This document shows, one piece after another, positions 10,127 to 19,795 of a stretch of DNA of 64,000 nt (position 1 is its first letter; every line of letters starts with the position of its first letter). This DNA comes from Candidatus Methanomethylicia archaeon. Its GTDB lineage: Archaea > Thermoproteota > Methanomethylicia > Culexarchaeales > Culexarchaeaceae. Below the pieces are notes generated by a model. It did no database searches. It worked only from the letters and a program-made list of their open reading frames with translations, and had not been told where the DNA came from. The translations under genes were made by a program, and so were the position numbers. The DNA is taken from contig JAVYVS010000002.1 in NCBI GenBank assembly GCA_038727515.1, positions 128,001 to 192,000 on the forward strand. The letters run 5' to 3'.

Positions 10127-10850
10127 AATTCCATAAATACTCAAAATATATTTTTGCTATTTTAGTTAGATCTTTATTGTTGGACCATATTGCTATTAGA
10201 TTCTTATTTCCTCCACTTAATAGTATTATTGTTTCTTCATCATCAATTATTAATCCTCCACCAAACATCTCCTTTCTTACATTGATTTCAAATCCATAAT
10301 TACTTATCAAATCAATTTTATTCAATGTTTTTTCATCTAATAGTATCCTCACCTTCACTCTCTTCTTCAAATTCATTAATGCATCTAAAATTTTCCCATG
10401 GATTTCAAGAATTCCCCCTGAAATTGCTATATCCAAATTTCTACGAACATTTTTCAAAGAATTTAAAGCTTTTTCAATTATGATGTTTTCACCTTTAAGT
10501 ATTATTATTTCAGATTTCTCTTCAAAACCAATTTTATCATATATTGGCTGAAGTTCTTCAATAATCTTATTACCTTGCAATTTTAATTTTTCCATTTCAT
10601 TCTTCATTAATTCTTCAACCACTTGTATTGGTGGTTTAGCTCTATACCTTTTGGGTTTTCCTTCTTCTATTGTTATCCAACCTTTATCTCTTAAATTTAA
10701 TAGTACATTATGTATTTTTGCATATGGGATACCTGCTTTTTCACTTATTTCTTTTGCATTTAATTCCCCTTCTCTAATCATGATTACATATGCCTTTGCT
10801 TGATATAATGTTAATCCAAACCTTCTTAGGACATTTACTATACTCTCCAA
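10116..10850 (-). CDS. TrmB-family transcriptional regulator
   Basis: FGLTLYQAKAY, AKEISEKAGIPYAKIHNVL..L..KGW, GKPKRYRAKPP, C-terminal effector domain. Confidence 0.9.
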   Translation of the reverse strand: MESIVNVLRRFGLTLYQAKAYVIMIREGELNAKEISEKAGIPYAKIHNVLLNLRDKGWITIEEGKPKRYRAKPPIQVVEELMKNEMEKLKLQGNKIIEELQPIYDKIGFEEKSEIIILKGENIIIEKALNSLKNVRRNLDIAISGGILEIHGKILDALMNLKKRVKVRILLDEKTLNKIDLISNYGFEINVRKEMFGGGLIIDDEETIILLSGGNKNLIAIWSNNKDLTKIAKIYFEYLWNFNS

Positions 10851-10941
10851 TTTAACCTACCATTCAACATTTGAATTGTTTGATTAACTTAATATATATT
10901 CTATTAAATCACATATTTATTGAATTTGTTGAGGTGTATCT

Positions 10942-12417
10942 ATGAAGATTTTAAGGAGGACTCAAAGTCTATGTCCAGAGTGTTTAAAGGTTTTAGATGC
11001 TGAAGTCTATGTTGATGAAGATAATATAGTTAAGATTCGTAGAACATGTTCTGAACATGGATTTTTCAATGAAGTTTACACATTTTCAGATCCTGAACTT
11101 TATGAATGGGCTGAGAAATATGCTCATAACCCCAGTGGAATTACAAAATCATTTACACAAACCGTTAATGGATGCCCCTTTGATTGTGGTTTATGCCCAA
11201 ATCATAAATCTGCAACTGTTCTAGCAATAATTGATGTTACAAATAGATGTAATATGCGTTGCCCAATATGTTTTGCTAATGCTGCTGCTTCAGGTATGGT
11301 TTATGAACCAACCCTTGAACAAATTAGGGATATGCTTATTAGGCTTAGGTCCATTGGACCTGTTCCTCCACCAGCATTACAATTGAGTGGTGGTGAACCT
11401 ACTGTTAGAAGTGATCTTATTGATATTGTAAGGATGGCTAAAGAAATGGGTTTTAGACATGTGGAAGTAAATACCAATGGTATTGCACTTGCAAATGATA
11501 TTGATTATTATAAGCGTTTATTAGACGCTGGTGTTAGTACAATATACCTACAATTTGATGGTTTTAATGATGATCTATACATTAAGTTGAGGGGTATTCC
11601 AATGAGGAATATAAAGTTAAAGGTTATTGAAAATGCTAGGAAGATCGGTCATGAAAGTATAGTTTTAGTGGTTACATTGGCTAAGGGTGTTAATGATGAT
11701 CAAATTGGAGATATAATTAGATTTGCACTTGAAAATCATGATGTAATTAGATGTGTAAATGTTCAACCAATATCATTTAGTGGTAGAGCTAATAAACTTG
11801 AGAGGGATTCACTTAGGATTAATACATCTGATTTTATGAAGCTTGTAGAATATCAAACTAAAGGTTTAATTTCTAGATATGATTTTAGACCTGTACCATG
11901 TGTAGTTCCAATTTCAAGAGCTGTGGGTGCACTTAAGGGTAAACGTTATACTGAATTTACCACTAGTCCATTTTGTGGTGTAGCTACATTTATGGTTAAA
12001 ACTGATGAAGGTTGGAAGCCTATAACTAGACTTGCAGATGTTGATAAATTCTTCTCCTCTATGGAGAAGGTTTATGAAGATGCTTCTAAGGGGAGTAAGA
12101 GCAAAGCATATTTAAGAGCTATTTCAAGTTTGAGGTATGTTAAATTTGGGCTTCTAAAGGATTTAATTATACCAGTTTTAAGAGAGGGTAGTTATGAAGC
12201 TCTGGGGAAATTTATGCGAAAGGTTGTTATGATTGGATGTATGCATTTCATGGATCTATGGAATTTCGATCTTCAGAGGGTTAATCAATGCGTTATACAT
12301 TACGCTCTTCCAGATGGAACTGTAAGACCATTCTGTACACATAATAGCATTCATAGGAGTATTGTGGAAGGGAAATTCAGTATTCCATTAGATGAATGGA
12401 AGGGTATAAAGGTTTAA
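10942..12417 (+). CDS. tes: Radical SAM tetraether lipid synthase (Tes/GDGT-MAS, MJ0619-like)
   Basis: N-terminal SLCPEC...CSEHG, GCPFDCGLCPNH, TNRCNMRCPICF (CxxxCxxC), SGGEPT, C-terminal MHFMD...CVIHY...PFC. Confidence 0.85.
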   Translation: MKILRRTQSLCPECLKVLDAEVYVDEDNIVKIRRTCSEHGFFNEVYTFSDPELYEWAEKYAHNPSGITKSFTQTVNGCPFDCGLCPNHKSATVLAIIDVTNRCNMRCPICFANAAASGMVYEPTLEQIRDMLIRLRSIGPVPPPALQLSGGEPTVRSDLIDIVRMAKEMGFRHVEVNTNGIALANDIDYYKRLLDAGVSTIYLQFDGFNDDLYIKLRGIPMRNIKLKVIENARKIGHESIVLVVTLAKGVNDDQIGDIIRFALENHDVIRCVNVQPISFSGRANKLERDSLRINTSDFMKLVEYQTKGLISRYDFRPVPCVVPISRAVGALKGKRYTEFTTSPFCGVATFMVKTDEGWKPITRLADVDKFFSSMEKVYEDASKGSKSKAYLRAISSLRYVKFGLLKDLIIPVLREGSYEALGKFMRKVVMIGCMHFMDLWNFDLQRVNQCVIHYALPDGTVRPFCTHNSIHRSIVEGKFSIPLDEWKGIKV

Positions 12418-12438
12418 TCTTTAAAAATCAATATTTAT

Positions 12439-13095
12439 TTGATGTTTATGGGTTCACCTGAATCTCCGAGATGTGCATATTGTGGCGTTTTTGCATGTTA
12501 TTCTGCTGATTTAGATCGATTACCTCAAAATTGCCCTATGAGGATTCTTAAGAGCACCATTGAAGAAGCTAGAAATGAAATTCTAAGCAACGATTATTCT
12601 AGGAGACTTGCAGTTGAAGCATCAATAATTGAAGCATCTGGATATATGCAATGGCCTAGGTTAAGGGAGATTATAGAGTATTGTAGGAGGCTTGGTATTT
12701 CAAAGGTTGGTTTAGCTTTTTGTATTGGTTTAAGGCGTGAAGCAAATTATACTTCTCAAGCTCTTGAAAATAATGGTTTAAAGGTTTACTCAGTTTGTTG
12801 TAAAGTTGGTGGGATTGATAAAGCTATTGTTGGCGTTCCAGATCAGTATAGACTTAGTAAGAGACCTGTGGAAGCCATATGTAACCCAATAGGTCAAGCA
12901 TATATTTTGAATTCCATTGGTACAGAATTGAATATAGCTTTAGGTTTATGTGTTGGACATGATTCACTGTTCTATAGGTATTCAAAGGCTCCTGTTGTAA
13001 CATTTATAGCTAAAGATAGAGTTACAGGTCATAATCCTGCTGCAGTCATATACAGTGGCTATTACCATAGGATTCTAGGTATAAGAGCTGTTTAA
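12439..13095 (+). CDS. DUF1847-family metal-binding protein
   Basis: GLAFCIGL, VCCKVG, CNPIGQA, GLCVGHDSLF, KDRVTGHNP. Confidence 0.85.
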   Translation: MMFMGSPESPRCAYCGVFACYSADLDRLPQNCPMRILKSTIEEARNEILSNDYSRRLAVEASIIEASGYMQWPRLREIIEYCRRLGISKVGLAFCIGLRREANYTSQALENNGLKVYSVCCKVGGIDKAIVGVPDQYRLSKRPVEAICNPIGQAYILNSIGTELNIALGLCVGHDSLFYRYSKAPVVTFIAKDRVTGHNPAAVIYSGYYHRILGIRAV

Positions 13096-13409
13096 AACTC
13101 CCATTTCTTAATCTTTTTCAAAACTTTTTCATGCACTCCAAAATCTTCCTTTTCCGCTTCCTCCTCTATATCTCTAATCTTTACTGGTTTCTTCCTTAAT
13201 TCTAATTCGCATGTTCCATCTGGTAATAGTGCTCTTGCTTCACAGTATGAGAATGTACAATTGAATCCACTACAATATTCATTTACCCATGTACATATTG
13301 CTTGTGGCATAGCTCCACCACTTGCTTTTGATTGTTTTGGATTGCTCTTTATTAACGCCTTTTTTGCGCATCTAAAGTATTGACATGTAGGTTTACATTT
13401 CATGGACAA
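13092..13409 (-). CDS. Small Cys-rich hypothetical protein (probable metal binding)
   Basis: CKPTCQYFRC...CTWVNEYCSGFNCTFSYC...DGTC, charged C-terminal tail. Confidence 0.7.
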   Translation of the reverse strand: MSMKCKPTCQYFRCAKKALIKSNPKQSKASGGAMPQAICTWVNEYCSGFNCTFSYCEARALLPDGTCELELRKKPVKIRDIEEEAEKEDFGVHEKVLKKIKKWEF

Positions 13410-13506
13410 GAATTATCCTCCACACCTAATATCCATGATCTAAAATTTTCTCTTATGTTCATTTACTTATTTTTTTCGTTTCACATCTTTAATTAAATTT
13501 AGCATT

Positions 13507-14430
13507 TCATCTATTTAATCTCCAGTAATATATGTCTTCTATGTCCAATCCTGAAACTTGAAATTTAACTATGTTCTTCATATCCATTAGAAGTTTCCTG
13601 ATAAGTTCTTCAATTTCAACTTCACTTTTTAAATTGAATCTAACAGTGTTTCCCATAACCTTATATTGATATCCCATACTCCTTAATTTATCATTGTCTA
13701 TATTACCTTTCCATGTAACTTCTATATCATACTTATATGGGTAGTCTGCAAGTATTCTTTTGATATTCCCCACATCTATTACTTCTCCATTACTTAATAG
13801 AATTATTCTTTCACATAGATTGTTTAAAACGTCAACATTTTTATCTACGATCATCATTGTTAATCCATTTATTGATCTCAGTATTTCCAATGTTTCTTCA
13901 AGTATTTTATATTCTAGGTCTCCAAGTATATTATCCATTAATAGTATCTTTGGCTTCTTTATTAATCCTAGGATTAATTTTAATATGGTTATTTGTGTTT
14001 CAGATAAAACTTCTATCCTCTTCCCATAATCTTCTCTGTATATTCCAACGGTTTCAAGCATTCTTATACATTCTTTACCCATTTTATTTCCAAATATTTC
14101 TTGGAAATATGATATTTCCTCTTTTATTGTGAGTTTCTTATTTAATTGCATACTTTGTGATACATAGTATGTATTCTTCCTAATCCAATTTAAATCTCTT
14201 CTAATACTTCTACCATATACTATTATATCTCCTTCATCTGGTCTATATATTCCTGCAGTAAGTTTTAGTAGTGTTGTTTTCCCTGAGGGGCTTGGTCCCA
14301 TTATTGCTATTGCTTCTCCATCTTCAACTTGAAATGATACATTTTTTAAGGCAACCGTCTTCTTACCCATTGCTCCACTCTTAAAAGTTTTTGTTACATT
14401 TATGAATTCTACAGCTTTCATTGAATTCAC
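13507..14430 (-). CDS. ABC transporter ATP-binding protein with degenerate catalytic motifs
   Basis: ABC layout: GPSPSGKTT, LSETQ, ILLMDN, IVDKN; C-terminal DrrA-like extension. Confidence 0.85.
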   Translation of the reverse strand: MNSMKAVEFINVTKTFKSGAMGKKTVALKNVSFQVEDGEAIAIMGPSPSGKTTLLKLTAGIYRPDEGDIIVYGRSIRRDLNWIRKNTYYVSQSMQLNKKLTIKEEISYFQEIFGNKMGKECIRMLETVGIYREDYGKRIEVLSETQITILKLILGLIKKPKILLMDNILGDLEYKILEETLEILRSINGLTMMIVDKNVDVLNNLCERIILLSNGEVIDVGNIKRILADYPYKYDIEVTWKGNIDNDKLRSMGYQYKVMGNTVRFNLKSEVEIEELIRKLLMDMKNIVKFQVSGLDIEDIYYWRLNR

Positions 14431-15267
14431 CTAATATTGTTCTATTGTCCCCCAGAGCTCCGCTTTCTCCACTGTATACTTTAATATTATTATAGTTAAT
14501 GTAATGAATATTGTTGATGATATGATCATTTTAATTAGTCCCATGCTTAAACTGCTATATACTGCATTTACCATTTCCCTTGGGTATCCAAGTATCATTA
14601 TATCTCTAAATATCTGCATTCCAATGGTGAATGGAATTACTCCAGTTATCGGCCATAGCTGTTTTGGGAATAATTCTACTGGGAAGTAGAATCCTATTGC
14701 CATCATTGTTATCTCCATTACTGATACTGTTATCATTCCAATTCTTTTGAATATCAATGTCATTGACACTAAGATTATGGATAATCCAATTACGAATATC
14801 CATGAGCATATAATACTTAACATTAAGATTGGTATTTTCTCTAAATTTACATTTAATGCTCCAATATACTTTAATGTTGGTAATCCAAATATTGATGTTA
14901 TTAATGAATACTTAAGTGTGGAAGCTAATGCTCTTCCAAATATCATTTGAGTGATGGTTATATTGCTTTCAAGCATTAATATCATGGTCCCCCTACTTGC
15001 TTCCTCCAATAATAGCCTTATACAATCATCATATGTTCTAGCAAGCATAGTCCATAGATATGTTCCCGTCAACATGAATTTCTCAAATGTATATCCCTCT
15101 GGCAATACATTCCCTCTCGCTTCGAGAAATAAGCCTATTATTCCAAAGCCAATGAAATTTCCAGCTATAACCAATGAATCCATTAACAATTGAAACTTAT
15201 ATTTTAAATCTAAATTTATATATCTCTTTGCAATACTAATAGTTTTAAAATGCAAATTAACCTCCAA
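14431..15267 (-). CDS. ABC-2 type permease
   Basis: About 6 TM segments, EEASRGT, GFYFPVELFPKQL, PFTIG. Confidence 0.85.
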   Translation of the reverse strand: MEVNLHFKTISIAKRYINLDLKYKFQLLMDSLVIAGNFIGFGIIGLFLEARGNVLPEGYTFEKFMLTGTYLWTMLARTYDDCIRLLLEEASRGTMILMLESNITITQMIFGRALASTLKYSLITSIFGLPTLKYIGALNVNLEKIPILMLSIICSWIFVIGLSIILVSMTLIFKRIGMITVSVMEITMMAIGFYFPVELFPKQLWPITGVIPFTIGMQIFRDIMILGYPREMVNAVYSSLSMGLIKMIISSTIFITLTIIILKYTVEKAELWGTIEQY

Positions 15268-15323
15268 ATTAAACTATACTTTTAACATCTATAAAATTAT
15301 TAAGGAGTTTATCGAAGATTATT

Positions 15324-16271
15324 TTGAGGATTAAAATGCTTAATACATTACTTTTTAATCAAATAATTCCAGTGGGTTTAGGAACAATAATAATGCTACT
15401 TATAATTGTTTTAATTTTAGTCTTCATAATTTCCAGTGCAATTAGAGTTGTTAGGGAATATGAACGTGCAGTGATTTTTAGACTTGGAAGATGTATTGGA
15501 GCTAAAGGTCCTGGAGTAGTATTCTTAATACCATTCATAGATAGACCTGTAATTGTTGATCTACGTGAGAGATATCTTGAAGTTTCTAGGCAGACTTGTA
15601 TAACTAAGGATAATGCACCAGTAGACATAGACTTCCTAATATACTATAAGGTTATAGATCCATTGATGTCAACATTGCAAGTTAGGAATTTTGAGGGTGC
15701 AGCTGTTGGTATGGCTACAACAATCCTTAGAGCAGTTGTTGGAGATATATTGCTTGATGACGTCTTAGCTAGGAGGGAAGAGATAAATAGTATTCTACGT
15801 TTAAAACTTGATGAGGTTACTGAACGTTGGGGTATAAAGGTTAGTAGTGTTGAAATTAGAGAGATACTTCCACCAAAGGATGTTCAAGAGGCTATGATAA
15901 AACAGATGGCTGCTGAACGTAATAAGAGGGCTATGATACTTGAAGCTGAAGGTAGAAGGGAAGCTGCAATAAAAGTTGCTGAAGGTGAAAGGCAATCAAG
16001 TATTTTAAAGGCTGAAGGTGAAAGACAAGCGAGTATATTGAGAGCTGAAGGTTATGCTCAAGCATTGGAAACAATATTTAGAGCTGCTAGTAGATTAGAT
16101 TATAAGACTATGGCACTACAATACCTAGAAACTTTAAAGAGTTTAGGTCAATCTCCAGCTACAAAATTCATTTTCCCAATGGAATTCTCAGAATTAATAG
16201 CTCCAATAAGGAGATTTCTAGGTGAAGTTGAAGGTTCAAGTGAATCAAAAACTCAAGGTGAAAACAAATAG
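15324..16271 (+). CDS. SPFH/stomatin (band 7) membrane protein
   Basis: REYERAVIFRLGR, ITKDN, WGIKVSSVEI, QMAAERNKRA, AEG repeats. Confidence 0.93.
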   Translation: MRIKMLNTLLFNQIIPVGLGTIIMLLIIVLILVFIISSAIRVVREYERAVIFRLGRCIGAKGPGVVFLIPFIDRPVIVDLRERYLEVSRQTCITKDNAPVDIDFLIYYKVIDPLMSTLQVRNFEGAAVGMATTILRAVVGDILLDDVLARREEINSILRLKLDEVTERWGIKVSSVEIREILPPKDVQEAMIKQMAAERNKRAMILEAEGRREAAIKVAEGERQSSILKAEGERQASILRAEGYAQALETIFRAASRLDYKTMALQYLETLKSLGQSPATKFIFPMEFSELIAPIRRFLGEVEGSSESKTQGENK

Positions 16272-16278
16272 ATTAAAC

Positions 16279-16704
16279 TTAAAACTTTATAATCAATTTT
16301 TTGGGTACATCATCAATTATAACCACTTGACAATTTATCCTAGCTGATAAATCTATGTTTAAAAGCTCTAAAGCTCTCCTAACCTTATATAACCCTGCAA
16401 GTCTCTCATTCAATCTCTTTAAAATCTCATTTAAAATTTCAATTTCCCTTTCAGGTTGTGGATTTAATGATATCTCAATACCATGAAATTCAATTTCCTG
16501 CCTTCTACCAATATCGCTTGAATCCCCACTTGAAACCATTGGTCCAGCAATTCTCTTGTAGACTTCAATCCTCCTATTAACATCTTCAAGCATCTTCTGG
16601 TGTTCTATAATTAAATTTTGAACTTCTTTCAACTTCTCATCTACATAATCTGCTAATTCTTTAAGTGTTTGGAAGGTTTTTAACGCGCTAACCATTTTAC
16701 ACAA
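16279..16704 (-). CDS. Hypothetical coiled-coil protein
   Basis: 141-aa ORF: helix, short beta segment, helix, ending DDVPKKLIIKF; divergent from the TadC-like gene. Confidence 0.7.
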   Translation of the reverse strand: MCKMVSALKTFQTLKELADYVDEKLKEVQNLIIEHQKMLEDVNRRIEVYKRIAGPMVSSGDSSDIGRRQEIEFHGIEISLNPQPEREIEILNEILKRLNERLAGLYKVRRALELLNIDLSARINCQVVIIDDVPKKLIIKF

Positions 16705-16783
16705 ATAAAAGTTATATTTCCATATATTTTATTGTTTTCTTCGAAAACCTAATATTCCACTTATCTTAAAAGGTTCTTTTGAT

Positions 16784-18559
16784 GTGGCTTTGACGTTAAT
16801 TGACATTATCCATAGATATTTTGGTTGGGCTGGGAGAATCTTACTTAGATTCTATCCTAATATTTATTACGATATTAAAACTTCTGGTATTGGTATTCAT
16901 CCAGAGGTTTATGCTTCTATTGGCGGCTTCACATACATAATATCAATAATTATAAGTGTTGCCATTTTTATATATTCAATATTCCAATTACCGTTAACAT
17001 ATTTATTCTTCACAACCTTATTCATAATATTATTTCCTGTGGGTGTATTCATAATTTTGGGTTTAATTTTGCCGAAGGCTTTAAGTTTAAATAATGCTGC
17101 TGGATATGATCAGGAAGCTCCATATGCATTTGCATATTTAAGTATTATGGTTACTGGAGGCGTATCCCCATACGCTTCCTTTGAGCGTCTTGAAGCTGCT
17201 GAATCACTGTTTAAGAGGTTTTCAAAAACTGCTAAGAGGTTTAAGATTATGGTTAGAGCTATGGGTTGGGATCCATTATCAGCTTTTGAAGACATAGTTA
17301 GTAGAGTTAGAAGTTTCATGTTATCGGATGTTTTGCTTGGTTATGTTGCTACTGTGGGTGCTGGTGGTGATGTTGTTGATTATTTGATTAAGAGATCTAG
17401 GGATGTCTTTAGTGGACTCATAACTAAGATTAAATCTGCTGGTGAGAAAATGTCAACTTTATTAGAATCTTATCTTGCAGTATCATTCATCTTGTTGATG
17501 ACGATAAACGTCATGTACCTGATAAGTTTATCCATTGCTAGAATCTATATTCCAGGAGTAAACCTTTACACCCTATTCTTTTTCACATATATTTTAATGC
17601 CCTTCATCTCCCTTGTAATTCTCTATTTATCTGATATATTACAATATAGAGAGCCTGGTGTAATATGGGATCCATACATAATATTCCTATTAACCGCCAT
17701 ACCCATATTCATCTTCTTCACATATGTATTGATTGCACCCTTCTTTTATCCGGTGGAAATACCCATGATAGGCGATTTATCTATAAGATTAACATCAATG
17801 ATAATTTCAATTCTGAATTTTTTCAATGTCGATATTGTTTATGCACCTTCAATATCCACATCAATAGCTTTAGCCATATCTCTAATTCCATCAACACTAT
17901 ATGAAGCCTTTATATTTAGGAAATATAGTATGATTGCTAGTGGTGTTGTTAAATTCCTTAGGGATATTGTGGAAGTTAGGAAGACTGGTTTATCCCCTGA
18001 GAAATGCATTATAACTTTGGCTGATAGAGAGTATGGTGCTTTCTCAAAATATTTGAGGGAAGCTGCAAATAAACTTGCTCTAGGTTTGCCCATAGCTAAG
18101 GTATATGAAGATCTTATGAGAAAAATTAAGGTTTGGAGGGCTAACGTTTTTTTATATATGCTTATAGATGCTATTGAAGTTGGTGGTGGAACGCCTGAAA
18201 CCCTTGAAAACATTGCTTATTTCGCTGAAATGAGTGAAGCTGTAGAGAGGGAGAGAGCTGCATCAGTTAAAATACTACTAATAATACCATACTTATCAGC
18301 AATAATACTCGTAACTTCAATGATGTTTATAGCTGTATTTATGTCAACGGTGGCTGCTGGAATTGTAGAATATAGGGCTGCGATTAGAATTATTATGCCA
18401 TCAATAGTCTTCAACACCTTGTTCATGGGTTTAATTGCTGGGAAAGTTTCCACAGGTATTACTGCATCTGGATTTAAACATGCGCTAATGTTATCCATAA
18501 TTTCAACAATAACAATACTCTTAACACCTAGAATAGCTTCAATATTTGGGCTTGTTTAA
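16784..18559 (+). CDS. Type IV pilus platform protein (T2SS F / TadC / ArlJ-like, two T2SSF domains)
   Basis: EAPYAFAYLSIMVTGGVSP and FLRDIVEVRKTGLSPE domains, IEVGGG, GLIAGKVSTG...GFKHA. Confidence 0.9.
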   Translation: MALTLIDIIHRYFGWAGRILLRFYPNIYYDIKTSGIGIHPEVYASIGGFTYIISIIISVAIFIYSIFQLPLTYLFFTTLFIILFPVGVFIILGLILPKALSLNNAAGYDQEAPYAFAYLSIMVTGGVSPYASFERLEAAESLFKRFSKTAKRFKIMVRAMGWDPLSAFEDIVSRVRSFMLSDVLLGYVATVGAGGDVVDYLIKRSRDVFSGLITKIKSAGEKMSTLLESYLAVSFILLMTINVMYLISLSIARIYIPGVNLYTLFFFTYILMPFISLVILYLSDILQYREPGVIWDPYIIFLLTAIPIFIFFTYVLIAPFFYPVEIPMIGDLSIRLTSMIISILNFFNVDIVYAPSISTSIALAISLIPSTLYEAFIFRKYSMIASGVVKFLRDIVEVRKTGLSPEKCIITLADREYGAFSKYLREAANKLALGLPIAKVYEDLMRKIKVWRANVFLYMLIDAIEVGGGTPETLENIAYFAEMSEAVERERAASVKILLIIPYLSAIILVTSMMFIAVFMSTVAAGIVEYRAAIRIIMPSIVFNTLFMGLIAGKVSTGITASGFKHALMLSIISTITILLTPRIASIFGLV

Positions 18560-18577
18560 ATATTAAATCAATTAAAT

Positions 18578-19705
18578 TTAGCTTATATTAACTTTTATTG
18601 GAGCATTATACCCTATGCTTTTCATAACCCATTGAGCATCATCAACAAGTTTACCTTCAACATCAGAAAGTTTAACTCTTTTAAGTGAGAAACCCTTCTT
18701 TCTAACTTTAACTTGAAATGTTACAGTACCATCAATTAAATCAACCTTTAAATCTTCCATTATATACCCAAAGCCTTCTAAACTACTCTTAAAATACTCC
18801 AACGCTCTATCCCTAACCTTTTCCAAATCTATCTTAACTGGTTCCACCGTTACAATCTTCCTAGGTTTCCTCCTTTCCTCCTCAGCTTTTGAAATGATTT
18901 TTGGAAATGAAATTTTATCCATGGTCTTCTTCAATTCAGCTTCATCTTTATTTAGCAATTCAAGATCTTCCTCTTTTAATTCGTATAGAAAGACAATGTA
19001 TTTCCCCTCAGCTTTATTTAACTTCATTATCTCGTTCAATGCATTTTTACCAGTCAACACTTTATTAACTCCACTAATCATTGTTGAAATAACTTCTCCA
19101 TTTTTTAGTAAAATATCAAAACTCTTCCAATTACTCTCTCCAAGGAAGCTTACAAACATATACAAGATTTTACCTTTACTCTCAGCAATAATCCTTTCAA
19201 CAACTTTATTAATATCCTCCATACTCTCTAGAACATCCATTTCCTCCTTCAACTCTTCTTTATCCTTCAACATCAAATTTCTAATTAGTGGCATATTCAA
19301 CATCTTCCTACTATAATCATTTATGTTTACATGCGTTTTTACACCCTTAATTTCTCCACTACTAATAATGGCATTTGGATTTTCTTCCTCAAATTTTGAT
19401 AATTCCTCTTCACTAACTTCATATACTTCAACAATTCCAGCAACTTTATCTTTAATCTCAGAAATTTTCTCCCAACATTCATTTCCACAAATAACTTTTT
19501 CATTACTCTTCATCATGGCTAATGAAGGTTTTCCACCCTTAAAATCAATATGTAAATCGTATCCAGCATGATGATAAATAATTAACCCTTTAATCCTCCT
19601 ATTCCCTTTACTTTTCTCTATATCCTTTATCAAATCCCTCAATTTCTCTTCAGCTAAATTCACTATATCTAAAAGCTTTACATCTTTCCCCTCATTAGCA
19701 AACAT
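18578..19705 (-). CDS. Hypothetical protein with two tandem DUF2226/PATAN-like domains
   Basis: Repeated pattern ..GGKPSLAM..ICGNECW..IVEVYEVSEEEL and ..NGEVISTM..LTGKNAL..VFLYELKEEDL; downstream of the pilus ATPase. Confidence 0.55.
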   Translation of the reverse strand: MFANEGKDVKLLDIVNLAEEKLRDLIKDIEKSKGNRRIKGLIIYHHAGYDLHIDFKGGKPSLAMMKSNEKVICGNECWEKISEIKDKVAGIVEVYEVSEEELSKFEEENPNAIISSGEIKGVKTHVNINDYSRKMLNMPLIRNLMLKDKEELKEEMDVLESMEDINKVVERIIAESKGKILYMFVSFLGESNWKSFDILLKNGEVISTMISGVNKVLTGKNALNEIMKLNKAEGKYIVFLYELKEEDLELLNKDEAELKKTMDKISFPKIISKAEEERRKPRKIVTVEPVKIDLEKVRDRALEYFKSSLEGFGYIMEDLKVDLIDGTVTFQVKVRKKGFSLKRVKLSDVEGKLVDDAQWVMKSIGYNAPIKVNIS

Positions 19706-19795
19706 TTAATTACACCCAAATAACCAAATTAATTACTTTCTACTTTAATAGTATATGTAACATCTTTCATTTTAAATTTTTCTAAATTCTATAGT

